A stretch of 38,274 bases of DNA from a virus (lineage: Duplodnaviria; Caudoviricetes), in the IMG/VR virus record IMGVR_UViG_3300020045_000442, positions 1 to 38,274 of that record. One strand, given 5' to 3'. Below, piece by piece: positions 18,474 through 30,600 of the stretch (its first letter is position 1; each line of letters starts with the position of its first letter). The position numbers and the translations under genes were made by a program. The notes under the pieces are model-generated. The model saw only the letters and a list, made by a program, of their open reading frames with translations, was not told the origin of the DNA and searched no databases.

Positions 18474-18521
18474 TGTTAGTCATGATACACAGTGTATCAC
18501 TTGCCAATAAGAGAAAATAAA

Positions 18522-19046
18522 ATGTCACAAGATGAATTAGAAAGTTTAAAACAAAAAGCAGATTTAATGGGTATTGGGTATCATCCCAGTATTGGTATTG
18601 AAAAACTAAGAAATAAAATTGAAGTAGAGTTAAATATTAATTCTACCGAACAAATTGCACTTCCTAAGAATGTAGAAACTCTAGGACAGAAAAAAGCAAG
18701 ACTTCGTAAAGAAGCAGACATCAGAGTTAGATGTAAAGTTGTTTGTATGAATCCTCAAAAACAATCTTGGGATGGTGAATTTATTACAGTAGGTAATAAG
18801 TACATTGGGGATGTTAAAGTATTTGTACCATTCAATGTTGAAGCATGGCATTTACCTAAAATTATTATTGAAGCATTAAAAGAAAAGCAATATATGATGC
18901 ACATTCCAGCAACAGGTCCTAACAAAAATAATGCTAAACAGAAGTGGGTTAAAGAATTTAACGTAATTATTCTTGATCCTTTAACTAAACAAGAATTACA
19001 AGAGTTAGCTACAGCACAAAGAGCTGCTGGTAATTTAGAGGACTAA
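18522..19046 (+). CDS. N4 gp55-like protein
   Basis: ELESLKQKADLMGI.YHP.IG.EKLR.KI, CMNP.K..W.GE, L.PLT..EL.ELA motifs; start moved to the ATG at 18522. Confidence 0.88.
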   Translation: MSQDELESLKQKADLMGIGYHPSIGIEKLRNKIEVELNINSTEQIALPKNVETLGQKKARLRKEADIRVRCKVVCMNPQKQSWDGEFITVGNKYIGDVKVFVPFNVEAWHLPKIIIEALKEKQYMMHIPATGPNKNNAKQKWVKEFNVIILDPLTKQELQELATAQRAAGNLED

Positions 19047-19049
19047 AAC

Positions 19050-19922
19050 ATGAGTACAGTAGTAGCTAGTGAGATAACAGACTTATTTGATCCTTTAATG
19101 ACTAATATTAAGGGTAAATTAGATGTTGTTTTTGCAGAGAATAGACTTAAAGGTATTGATGCTGTAGCAGTATATAATGCTGCATTAGCTACTACTCTAC
19201 ATGAAGTTGTGTTACTTTTATTAGGTGCAGATCAGAGAGCTACATTAGCTGCTGGTGTATTAAAAATTAATGCTGAAACAGCCATTGAAACTGCTAAGTT
19301 ACCTAACATCTATAAAGAAGGTAAAGTATTAGATGGACAATATAGTAAACTATTAGCTGATTATGCTTTAGCTGTACAAGAAAAGAATAACTTAATTGCT
19401 GTTAGTTTAAATATACCTAAAGAGGGTGAAAAATTAGATGCTGAGACAGCTAATGTTACAGGTAAAACTTCATTGATTCCTAAAGAATCAGAATTGATGG
19501 ATGCTAAAATAGTTAATTTATTAAGAGAGAATGATAAATTAGAAGAAGAGTTAAGATTACTTACTTTACAAGGAGATAACTTAATTAAGGAAGGTAACAA
19601 TATGGCTAAACAATTAGAAATTGCTACTGAAGAATTAAAGATTAAAAAAGAAGAAGTTAAAAAAGTACCTACAGAAATTTGCTTACTTAAAGCACAAGCA
19701 TGGCATGAACGAGCATCAGCATATTATACTGATAAAAAGACTGCAATTATCGAAAGTACCGCAATGACACAAATACTAGATGTAATGACAGCTTCTTATA
19801 ATACATCTATAAACCATGATCCTACATTAGAACCAGCATTCTCAACAAATGCTTTAAATAGTTTAGCAGGACAAGCAGAAGCATCTGCAAGAAATATTGT
19901 TAATACAAGCACAGGATGTTAA
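19050..19922 (+). CDS. Virion structural protein (N4 gp54 position), coiled-coil repeats
   Basis: FD.LM......L...F..NRL.G.....VY motif and repeated NIPKEG..LD units; synteny. Confidence 0.75.
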   Translation: MSTVVASEITDLFDPLMTNIKGKLDVVFAENRLKGIDAVAVYNAALATTLHEVVLLLLGADQRATLAAGVLKINAETAIETAKLPNIYKEGKVLDGQYSKLLADYALAVQEKNNLIAVSLNIPKEGEKLDAETANVTGKTSLIPKESELMDAKIVNLLRENDKLEEELRLLTLQGDNLIKEGNNMAKQLEIATEELKIKKEEVKKVPTEICLLKAQAWHERASAYYTDKKTAIIESTAMTQILDVMTASYNTSINHDPTLEPAFSTNALNSLAGQAEASARNIVNTSTGC

Positions 19923-19925
19923 TTT

Positions 19926-22361
19926 GTGGGATATAACGAAGAAGAATATGCCGTATCAAAAGTTACAAGTATAAATCTATGTAACAATATTAGAGATATA
20001 AACCAAGATGTAAATATTAAAGTTAATCGTGGTTTTGATTCTAATGATGCTCTACTATTTGCTAATGCAAGTAAGTATGCTTATAAAGTTGATTTATATA
20101 ATAAGTTACTAACAAAAGAAAGGGAGTCTAAGACTCCTTTTCCATTTGGTATGGCTAAAGCGTATCATAGAAAACCTCCTAATCTTGTTTCTATCAAAAA
20201 AGACTGTGAAGTTTATATTCGTAAACAGCAAACCAAGGTATTAAATAAATTAATTATAGCTGCTAAATTAATAGATACTTGGGGATATGACTATTACTCA
20301 CAACGACATACCCTGTTAGATGAATTACTTTATTTACAATTACATAGTGGAACTCCAGAAGAGATTGCTGCTAAACAAGCTGAGATTAATGCTTTACAAG
20401 AGATATTTGATACAAGGGTTAATGAAGAGAATAGCGTAATCCAAGATAAAATAGATAAGCTTGAGTTAGAAATTATTGCTATTCAAAAAGATATTCATAA
20501 TAATAAAAATAAAGTATTTTTAAAAAAGACTAAAGAAGTAGAAGTAGAAGCACTATATTGGGAAAAGTATTGCTTATTTATGACTACTTCAGATTATGAT
20601 GGTAATCATAAAACGCAAGCAGAAGAAAATGTAACAACACATTTAACATTCATAGAACAACCATTAGATATAACTATTACAGGTTGTGTACTCACAAAAC
20701 ACTATCCTTCATGGTATGTAGCAAAACATACTCTTGAAAAATATGGACATGTAATATATTGGAGTACCTATACTCAAAGATCTGCTCCTGGATTGTTAGC
20801 AACAACAAACCCTTATTACGGTAATGCTAAACTATCTATGAGTCATTTATCTGTATATACTCAGGATTCTTCATTCATAAATATTTATTACACTTATCAT
20901 GGTTTACCTTCTAAGTATTTCCAAGAAGAAATATATACTGAACCAAGTGAAGATTATTTAATTACATGTGAGATGGTAGGAATTAATGGTGTAAGTTCTC
21001 CTATATATTTAACAGATAAAGACTGTCCTTCTATAACCAAAGAAATATTGTTAGATAAAGAGTTTAGTTCTGTTATTCCTATTGTAGAAGATGAAGATAA
21101 TACTCTCTCTTATGAAGAATGCCTTAGACACCTATACATTAATAAATACAATATAGAAGATAAAATAAAAGATATTGGTTTAGAAATAGTTAAAACTGAA
21201 ACAGATATAGGAGAAACTAATTTACCATTAACTACATATTTCTACTCTAAGTATTTTCAACAAGGAATATGTTTAACAACAAAGGAATATTCCTCTATTC
21301 ATTATTTATATGAATTCTTTAATTGGCTACCTAAAGGAAGTAAATCTGAGTTTAATGAATATACTAAAGATGCTTATCTATATGAAAATAGAATTAGTAT
21401 AAGAAATAAACTCTGTGAAACATTAATTAGTTATTCTTACATTGAAGAAGAAACACTCTCAGAAGAATTAGATGTACTAAATAGAAAGGTAGGTAGAACA
21501 GGTAATGCTACACTATCTTTTGAAACTTCTGAACCAATAACTATTACTTATGCTAGTAATAATAGATATGTATCTCAATCAATAGATTTTGGTGTAACGG
21601 GTTATACATTTGGTATTCATGGATCACCTATCAAATTAGAAACTAATAAATTAATTATTAAAGTACAGGCTAGTTTAGGTATAGTAAGTAAATTAACTAT
21701 ACATGGTTTATATGTTAAAACTACCCTTAATCATGGATACCTTAATAAAGCTGAATCAGATGTACAGTGGTTAATTTCTACTTATGGAACTCCTACTAAA
21801 GAGGTTACTCAAAGTAAAAGAGATGTCTTATATAACAGTGCTAGTAATACGCTAGGTATGATAATTCCTTTATGGGATCATAAAGTAAGAACAGAAGACT
21901 TTAGAAATAGTTTATACGACATTAATACTATTGAACGAATGATGTATGACAGTCTCAATTTATGTGTTACAGCTTCACTAACAGATGATCAATTAGATCC
22001 ATTCCAAACAGGTACTAATGATACATGGATTAAAAGACAAGATAGAGATAAATTCCTTACAAGTTACTTATCTGAATTTACTCCTTCAACTCAAAGAAAT
22101 ACTGAAACAGAAGAAGATTATAAAGAAAGAACTAAGACTTTTACTAAATTTAAAGATGATGTTACAGTAGCTGTAAATCTTTCAGCTAATAGATATATTC
22201 CAAGGAAATCTTTAGATGATAAAGTTAATCCACAATTCTTAGCTAGTCAAAGTAGGTTATCTAAAGCTATATCAGAAAGAACCAATACACCTAATAATGC
22301 TTTAGATGTGTTAATAACAAATACTAGACAATTAACATTGTCTAAAAATAAATATATTTAA
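19926..22361 (+). CDS. Large virion structural protein (N4 gp53 position)
   Basis: Synteny and size; YLYEFF, I.GL and IIPL motifs; GTG start uncertain. Confidence 0.65.
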   Translation: MGYNEEEYAVSKVTSINLCNNIRDINQDVNIKVNRGFDSNDALLFANASKYAYKVDLYNKLLTKERESKTPFPFGMAKAYHRKPPNLVSIKKDCEVYIRKQQTKVLNKLIIAAKLIDTWGYDYYSQRHTLLDELLYLQLHSGTPEEIAAKQAEINALQEIFDTRVNEENSVIQDKIDKLELEIIAIQKDIHNNKNKVFLKKTKEVEVEALYWEKYCLFMTTSDYDGNHKTQAEENVTTHLTFIEQPLDITITGCVLTKHYPSWYVAKHTLEKYGHVIYWSTYTQRSAPGLLATTNPYYGNAKLSMSHLSVYTQDSSFINIYYTYHGLPSKYFQEEIYTEPSEDYLITCEMVGINGVSSPIYLTDKDCPSITKEILLDKEFSSVIPIVEDEDNTLSYEECLRHLYINKYNIEDKIKDIGLEIVKTETDIGETNLPLTTYFYSKYFQQGICLTTKEYSSIHYLYEFFNWLPKGSKSEFNEYTKDAYLYENRISIRNKLCETLISYSYIEEETLSEELDVLNRKVGRTGNATLSFETSEPITITYASNNRYVSQSIDFGVTGYTFGIHGSPIKLETNKLIIKVQASLGIVSKLTIHGLYVKTTLNHGYLNKAESDVQWLISTYGTPTKEVTQSKRDVLYNSASNTLGMIIPLWDHKVRTEDFRNSLYDINTIERMMYDSLNLCVTASLTDDQLDPFQTGTNDTWIKRQDRDKFLTSYLSEFTPSTQRNTETEEDYKERTKTFTKFKDDVTVAVNLSANRYIPRKSLDDKVNPQFLASQSRLSKAISERTNTPNNALDVLITNTRQLTLSKNKYI

Positions 22362-22371
22362 GGAATTACTT

Positions 22372-23832
22372 ATGGCTAAACCAAAAGTACCGAGTTTTAC
22401 CCCTACAGAAGAAGAATTCTTAGCTCAATACGATAAAGAAAGAATTCAAAGATATGGTAAAACTAAAAGTAAACTACCTAAAGATTTACCTAAAACAAAA
22501 CCAATTGCTCCTTATATACAGCCTGAACCATACAGTGCTGATATGGGTATTACTAAAGAAAGATTTCCTGTAACTCAACCTGAGTTTAAAGGATATTCTC
22601 CTGAAATGGAGTCTGCTTTAAATAGGTATGGAACTACAAACAGACCTTTAGAAGAATTAGCTTCAAGAGAAGCAGGATTAACTATACCTGAAAAAGTACC
22701 TTATACTCAACCCAGACCAGGTTTAGTTAATTGGGAATCTCCTTCTATAGGTGGTGTATCAGCTAATTCTATTAATCCTTCAGAAATACAAAGAAGTTTT
22801 AAACAATTTCAAACAAGTCAATTACCAAATGGTAAAGGTATTATACCAATTAATCCTAATTCCTTTAGTTCTGGAATGGCAGATACACTAAAATCTTTTG
22901 GAACATCTATAAAGAATTCCCCAATTACTAAAGCTATTGGTAATGAATTAGAGTATGCAAAACCTTTTGCTAAAATAGGTGGTACAGCTCTTGGAGTTAT
23001 TGGTGCAGCTAATCTAGGTTATGATGCTTACCAAGCTAATAAAGATCAATTACAGACAGATCAAATACAAGCATCTACTCTAGGAGATAGTCTTAAAAAT
23101 TATCAATTAGATAAAACTCAACCTGCAACTAATGTAGGAGAATTAGGAAATCCCTTAGATAATTTAGAATATGCTTACAGAGCAAATCAAGTAAATAATA
23201 ATATTATTAATCCTCCATCAATTCAAAATGGTAAACTTGTAGCAGGAACTCCTATGGAAGAGTCTAGTCCTCAATTACAATCTCAAGTAGCTAATGCTTT
23301 TGGTGGTGTAGCACAAATGAATTTAGATAATCAACAACTACAAAATACTAATGATCCTTTCTCTTCTCAAGCTTTAAAACAATTACCTCAACAAGAGATT
23401 GTTCAGAAGTTATTTATTAACCCTCAAGTAGAACAACCTAAAACAAATATCTTAGGTGAACCTACTGGAAAGACATTTGGTGGGGTAAGTATATCTAAGG
23501 ATGCTAAAGGTAATCCTGTAATTAGTAATACAACTAATCCTTATGAAGGTATGTTTACTGGAATAAGTAAAGAAAGAGATGCTGCAATTGACCCTAATAC
23601 AGGTAAAGTAGATAAGAATTCTGATTTCTATAAACGAAATGCTATAGCTTTACACAATACTGATGGTGGTCAAATAGCAGATATTAATCTTGCTAATCAA
23701 CAAAGATCTTTAGCAGCACAAGAACAAGCAGATATTGTATCAAGAAATAATGCAATGAAACCAAGTGTGTCATACACTGATCCTACTTTAGGAAGTAGTT
23801 ATAATATGCGTAATTCAAGATTTAGAGGTTAA
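22372..23832 (+). CDS. Putative internal virion/ejection protein (486 aa)
   Basis: P/Q/N-rich, no Cys seen, one Gly-rich hydrophobic stretch (IGGTALGVIGAANLGY); upstream of vRNAP. Confidence 0.6.
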   Translation: MAKPKVPSFTPTEEEFLAQYDKERIQRYGKTKSKLPKDLPKTKPIAPYIQPEPYSADMGITKERFPVTQPEFKGYSPEMESALNRYGTTNRPLEELASREAGLTIPEKVPYTQPRPGLVNWESPSIGGVSANSINPSEIQRSFKQFQTSQLPNGKGIIPINPNSFSSGMADTLKSFGTSIKNSPITKAIGNELEYAKPFAKIGGTALGVIGAANLGYDAYQANKDQLQTDQIQASTLGDSLKNYQLDKTQPATNVGELGNPLDNLEYAYRANQVNNNIINPPSIQNGKLVAGTPMEESSPQLQSQVANAFGGVAQMNLDNQQLQNTNDPFSSQALKQLPQQEIVQKLFINPQVEQPKTNILGEPTGKTFGGVSISKDAKGNPVISNTTNPYEGMFTGISKERDAAIDPNTGKVDKNSDFYKRNAIALHNTDGGQIADINLANQQRSLAAQEQADIVSRNNAMKPSVSYTDPTLGSSYNMRNSRFRG

Positions 23833-23834
23833 AT

Positions 23835-24641
23835 ATGAATGGTTACTTAGAACAACAAAGACAATGGCAACAAGAAGATATTATGGCTCAAAACTTAGCA
23901 CAACATAATGCTAGAGCTAATGCTCTTAATAATCAACTAAATGCTAATGCTAAATCTGGAAGAACTCCTTTAGATGATTGGAGAGATAAAAGAGTAGCAG
24001 AATTGAATGCTCAAAAACATGATCCAATATTTCAAAAGGAACAAGAGAAAAAGGATTTAATAGCTAATCTTCAAAGTGTGGGTAAAGCTATGGATGCTAC
24101 TAAACAAGTAGCTGGTATGAAATACAATGGATATGATGTAGTTGAGAATAATGGACAATTTCTTTACAGTGATGGTAAGAATACTTTACCAGTAGAAGAT
24201 CCAAGTAAGATACAAAGAACATATAACTATGATCCTCAACAAGCAATGGTAGATCAAACTGGACAAGGTAATCTATTTGCAGGTACACAGTTAGCAAGTA
24301 TGCTTGCACCTAAATCTAACACCAGAACTCCAGAACAGCAAGATGCTGTAACTTTAGCAAAAGAAGAAAGAGCTAATGATGAGTGGGATAGAAGGAATGG
24401 ATTAAAAGAAGATGATACTAAAGCAAACCAAGTAAGTAAATTAATGGAGGATTTAGGTATTAAAAACTATAGTCCCGCTGATCAAGCTGTTATTGGTGGA
24501 GCATTTCATGTAGCTAAAGGTAATAAGAAAGCTACAGATAAACTTACACAATCACTATTAGCGCATACTTCTAATAACTGGATTCCTGGTACAAATGACA
24601 GATGGTTATGGCAAGATAACTTTGCTAAAGATGCTCAATAG
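23835..24641 (+). CDS. Putative internal virion/ejection protein (268 aa)
   Basis: Q/N/D-rich, no Cys seen, immediately upstream of vRNAP. Confidence 0.6.
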   Translation: MNGYLEQQRQWQQEDIMAQNLAQHNARANALNNQLNANAKSGRTPLDDWRDKRVAELNAQKHDPIFQKEQEKKDLIANLQSVGKAMDATKQVAGMKYNGYDVVENNGQFLYSDGKNTLPVEDPSKIQRTYNYDPQQAMVDQTGQGNLFAGTQLASMLAPKSNTRTPEQQDAVTLAKEERANDEWDRRNGLKEDDTKANQVSKLMEDLGIKNYSPADQAVIGGAFHVAKGNKKATDKLTQSLLAHTSNNWIPGTNDRWLWQDNFAKDAQ

Positions 24642-24674
24642 ATTAAACTAATGTAAATTAATTTAAGGAATACA

Positions 24675-27600
24675 ATGTCTACATTTAATGGTTCAACTTT
24701 TAATGGTTCTTCGTTTGAAGATACAGCTACACCTATAGTACAACAAAAGAAATTAAGTTTATTAGATAGTGTATTTAATAAAAGAAATGAACTTGGCTTT
24801 AGTTCAGCTAATTTAAAGGATAGATCTGTAGAAGCATTGGATGCTGATACAGTTAGAATCAACCCTAGTATAACTGATAAAGCTTATGATCCTTTTGTTA
24901 AACCAGTAGATGTAAGACTTAAGAGTAATAACTTTGGAGAATCGTTTAATGCTTATGAAACTTCTCATGGTAATGAAAATGATCCTGAAGTAGCTGCTAG
25001 ATTGCAGAAACAAAAAGATACTATTAATAATGAATTACTACATGGTTGGTTTAATTCAGCTACAAATCAAGATGTATATGATAGAGGTAATGCTGGTAAA
25101 CAAGTATTAGCAGATAAGCTTAAAGCAGTCAATGAAGGTAAAACTGGATTAGATTTTGCTCTTGGAGAAAGAGATATGTATAACAGAACATTAGGTGATA
25201 TGAAATTATCTAATGAAAATACTTCTGTTATTGATTCTATGAATACTCCTGAGATTAATTCAGCTTATGACACACCTTATAATTTTGCTAAACAAAACAA
25301 AGATACTGCTACTCTAGGACAAGCAGCAGAAGATACAGGCAGACTGTTACTTACTGGTTTTGAAGGTATTGGTTCAGCATTAGGTTATGGCTTAGAGAAG
25401 ACAGGTATTGCACCTGAATTAGGTAAACAAATACAGGATGAACATTTTAAGCATGATGAAATGCTTAGAGGTAATTTATCAGATCCTGTTAAACAAGCTT
25501 CACAAGAACCTTTACTAGATGCTAATAATAATTTAAATCCTAATTTTGGTTGGACTTCATTAGCTACTAATGTAATACCATCAATCCCTGGTTCAGTAGC
25601 TATGGGTGGTGCAGGTGGAGTATTAGCTAAAGCTTTAGGTACGGGAGCTAAAGCTGTATTAGGAGCAGAAACTACAGCAAGTAAGTTACTTACATCTGGT
25701 TTAGGTTTTGGGTCATCTGAAGGTGTATTCTCTGCTGCACAAAATGCAGATCAATGGGGACAAGAACAAAGACAAAAACCAGTAGATGAATTTAAGAATT
25801 CTCCTCTTTGGAATAAAACTTTAGCTAAGAATAAGGGTAATGAAGAAGCTACTAAAGAAGAACTTATAAACCAAGGTCAATCCGATATATTTAAAGATAC
25901 TGCTATTACTACAGGTGCTTTATCAGGTCTTCCTGGTATGGCAGGTGGTATGTATGGTAAGTTGTTTGATGCTGCTACATCTGGAACTAAGATAAGTGCT
26001 AAAGGAGCATTTATTAATGCTCTTAAAGGTATGGGAGAAGAAGCTGCTCAAGAATACCCACAAAGCTTATTTGAAAGAAGAACTACAAATCAAGCTACTA
26101 AAGATTATATTGATCCTAATCAAGATGTATCTGAAGGACAATGGAATGATGCTGCTGTAGGTGGATTATCAGGATTTGCTATGGGAGCAATGGGAGCAGG
26201 AGGACACATAGCTTCGATTGACAGAACGAAAACACCTACAGTTGAACCAACACCTTCTGAGGTAGATAAAGAGCCTACAATCGACTCAGAGACAGCTTCT
26301 AAGGCTATTCTTGATAGATACTCTAATGATGCTAATACATCAACACTAGATACAGCAGATGTTGTATTAAACCAAGGTATTAAAGATTTTCCTTATGATG
26401 CTCAATTATCTGATAAGAAAGCAGTATTAGCACATCTTCAAACTATAAAAGATAAGACACCTGCTGAATCTAAAGAATTTCAAGATTTATCAACTAAAGT
26501 TATTTTAGAAGATAAGTTTCAAGAGATGTTTAAAGGAGTTACTAAAGCAGATATTGCTGATAATACTGTAGATGAATTAGAAGAATTCTTTACTACACTA
26601 GTTGGTACAGATAAAGTAGGAACTACATTATTTAATGATATTGGAAGGACTAAAGATAAAACTACATTAGGTTTACTTAGTAAAGTATCTAGTATTAAAG
26701 CTAAGGAATATGCCAATAGTACAACAGCAAATGATCCTTATGTATTGGCTGTGTCAGGAATTGAAACTAAGAACTTACCAGAAGATTCTTCTAAAGTATT
26801 CTCAGGTATTATGAGAGGTGATTATCAAGATTTAAACCAAGGTTTACTATTACTATCTAGTCATGTTGAAGATATTAAAGGAACAGAAGAACAAAAGAAT
26901 ACAGGTATATCTGCATTAACTAAAACTATCTCTAAAGTATATTCAGATAAAGTAAATATTACTTCTGATACTGAAAGAACAGTTAAACAAGCATTAAATA
27001 CTATTAATGGTTTAGTTACTAAGAAAGGTACTATTACTATTGAACCAAGTGATACATTAGAACAGATTCATAATAAGATATTACCTACATTTGGTTCAAC
27101 ACCTGTAATCAATAATGGAAATGCTCAAGCAACTGCTTTAGTTAATTCTAATAATAAATTAGCTACTGCACTTAAAAGTACCTCTGATGTTTCTAAAGAT
27201 AAATTAGATGGTAAAGGTTTACTACTTAGTTTTAGAGAACACATACAAATTATTAACTTTTTATTAGCTAATAATGCACACAAAAGTGCTGTAGATATGC
27301 GTGTTAAAGCTATGGCTAATTGGATTCAGTATGATGCTACTCGTAATGAACTATTTCAAGAATTAGCTGATAAAGGATTAAATACAGCAGAACGTAATAG
27401 ATTAGAAAAAGACTTAGAAATTCTACAAAGAAAAGGTAATCCATTTACAGATAATATATCTTTAACATATACTTCTGGCTCTAAAGAATTAGCTAAACAA
27501 CTAAAACTTGAATCTGAAATAATGTCTGCTGCATTAGCAGATACACAAGATCAAGTTAATACCCATTTTAGTGTTACACCTCAAGCAACAACTCAACCAG

Positions 27601-30600
27601 TAAATACACAAATAGGTAAAGGTTTAATTACTAAAACTACTTCTGCTAAGATTCAAGCTTCTAAAAATAAAACTATACCTATCCCTCAAAGTACTTCTCA
27701 GACTGATGAGAATGCTCTAAATTCAACGAATATAACTGTAGAACAGACTGTTAAAGATTATTTAGATAAAATCTTTAAAAACATAAATCCTAAATTAGCT
27801 AAAGCATTATCAGATATTATTAAAACTAATACAGATAATATTAATTTAGAATTAGATGTAGAGAAATTCTTACATGGATTTAATAAAAGAATTGGCTTAG
27901 AAACAGATACAATGTATCAAAAAGGATTACAGGCTAGAAATTCTACTCAAGGTAAGAAACTACAATTATTAAATAAAGTACCTAAGCCAAGTAAAATAAA
28001 AGAATCCTTTTATGATACACATACTCTAATACAAGTAATAGCTAAATTAGGTGGATTAACAGAAGAATCTGTTAATGAAATATCCGATAAAGGTAAATCA
28101 GGTAGATGGTTTAAAAAAGCTAATACTAAAAGTAAAGTACAGCCTATGGCTTTACAAGAAATGGTTGAAGCTTTACAAGCAGTACATTTTTCTCAAATTA
28201 CAGATTCTAAAGAATTACTTAAATATATAGAAAATGAATTAAGAGGAGTATCTGAAGATTTAGCTAGATCAGATAGAGGACATGAGCTTTATGCAGAACA
28301 AAAACTAAGTGATGAATTTGACTTTCAAACACAACAATATATCTTAAAAGTAGAACAATTACTTAATGACTTAGAAAATACTCCTTGGTTACTTGAAGTA
28401 TTAAATAAATTAGGTAACAAAGAAGATATTGATTTAAATTACTATCAGGATTTAATTAATGAAAATAACAGCAGAACAGAAGAAGCAAGCAGAACAGGAA
28501 GCACTGAGGAGATACCTACAGAAGCAACGTCAATAGATGTAGAATCTTCTACAAGCACTGAAATATCTAAACCTGAAGAAGTTATTACCTCAAAGGATAA
28601 AACTCCTATAGTAGTATCACAGGAGCTTACAGAGGCATCTTTAAATGATAATCAAATTAAAGATTTACTTGAAGTACCTTTACCACCTGAAGATATTAAA
28701 AATTATTCAGAGTTAATTAATAGAGTATATTTTCCTTTTAGTTCAGAAGAGCAACTTAAAAGTATTAAGATGTTTTTCTTTGCTAACGCTTTAAAAAGTA
28801 AAATTCCTGAAGCAAAAGCTAGATTTTTGTACTTACAAGAGTTAGCTACAAATACTAAAGATACTATTAATGAAACGTTTGAATTACCTATTTGGCGTTT
28901 TGATATTATAAGACCTTACTCTTTAACTCATAAATGGAAAGACGGTAAATTAGTACCTAAAACTCGAGAAGTAACACTCTCTTTAACAAATAAAGTAAAG
29001 AAATTTTTTAGTGATTTGTTTAGTATTAAAGATGACAATTTATTTAATAGAATTCCTAATTTACTAGAATATTTCCAACAAAATAAATTAGTAAATAATG
29101 ATAGTTTAATTGCAATAACTAAGTTTCATGATAACTTTGTTAAAGCATTTGAAGCTAACGATAATCCTGCAATACTTAAAGAAAGTTTATCTGATAATGC
29201 TGCATCATCTTTATTTATTTATGATATTAAAAAGGGAACACACTTAGAACCAAATGCTTTATTTGCTCTGAGTATTGGTTCAATACAATTTTTACAAACA
29301 GCATTGTCTACTGTGTATAACGATGACGATGCTATTAGAAGTATTGTTGGTTTAAAAGAAGGAGATCATTTACCTGCTTATGTAAGAGATTTACTAAGTG
29401 ATAAAGGTTCTGTAGCTAATATAATGAAGAATCAATTAGGTGCTTCTTTATCTAAGTTAATGGGTGTAACTTATAAACCAGAAGCAACAATTCCACAGAT
29501 TGAGGGATTTGAAGCTTCATTAGGTGCTTATGCTTTAAGAACTCTTATTGATATGAAATTATTAGAAGAAACTCAAATTGAGAAATCTACTATTAATGCT
29601 ATGAAGAATCAATTTGAGGAAGGAACTCTTCCAGGAAACCAGAAGACACAAGACATAATAAATAAACTTTATATTGGTGCAACAACCTTTGTAAGAGTAG
29701 CTGCACAAAAGAATATTGAAACTGGAAGACCTGAAGTAAAATCTGAAATTAAAGAATTACTTGATGCTATTAAACCAGCAAGTAAAGAATTAGATGAATT
29801 ACTTAATACATCATTTTCAGAAGCATTACCATCAGGAAGTAAAACTTCACTAAAAGAATTAAAGAAATGGTTAAGTAAAACTTGGCAAGGTTCTAATGCT
29901 GAATATACAGAAGCAGAATATAAAGCATTAAAGAAATATAATGACACTGTATATACAGCAGAAACTAAAGCTATGAATGCTGCTTTAGTATTAGATGAAG
30001 AGTTCATTAAACAAATAGCTTTAGGTGAACGATACACTGATGTAGTTCAAAAACATTTTGAAAAGACTAGAGCAGGTAAAGAACTACAAGCAGATAACGA
30101 ATATAAATATTTGATGGATTCGTTTAATGTATTTAAGGAACATGGTTCACTGTACTTCTTATCTAAGTTCTGGAAACAGGGAAGAGTAGGTATGGAGAAA
30201 GGACCTCAAAATAGTAAAATGATGCGATGGTTATTTGCTCCTAAAGGTGTTGAATATGAAGTAGACCTAGCTAACAAGGAGTCTTCTAAATTCTTTAAAT
30301 TAGCTGTTGTAGCAGCATTTGGTACAAAGATAGACCAAATATCAGATATAGCCTTAAATGAGAAATTTGATGCCTTGTTGGAGACATATAAAGATGTTTT
30401 AGAAGATTATTCTAAGACCAAAGGCTATATAGAAAATGTAACACAAGAAATGAAAGATACTCTTCTTGATGCTGTGTATGCTGGTAAAGAAGGATTTCAT
30501 AGTTATGCTGGATTACTTGAATTAGCTCATTATAATGAGAATAAAGCTAAAGGTAAATTTACCTCTCAATTAATGAGAGAAGATGATGGTATTACAAATG

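Noticed and set aside
18492-18521. GTG start of the 184-aa ORF
   Set aside because: It lies inside a dyad with no RBS; the conserved N-terminus begins at the ATG at 18522.
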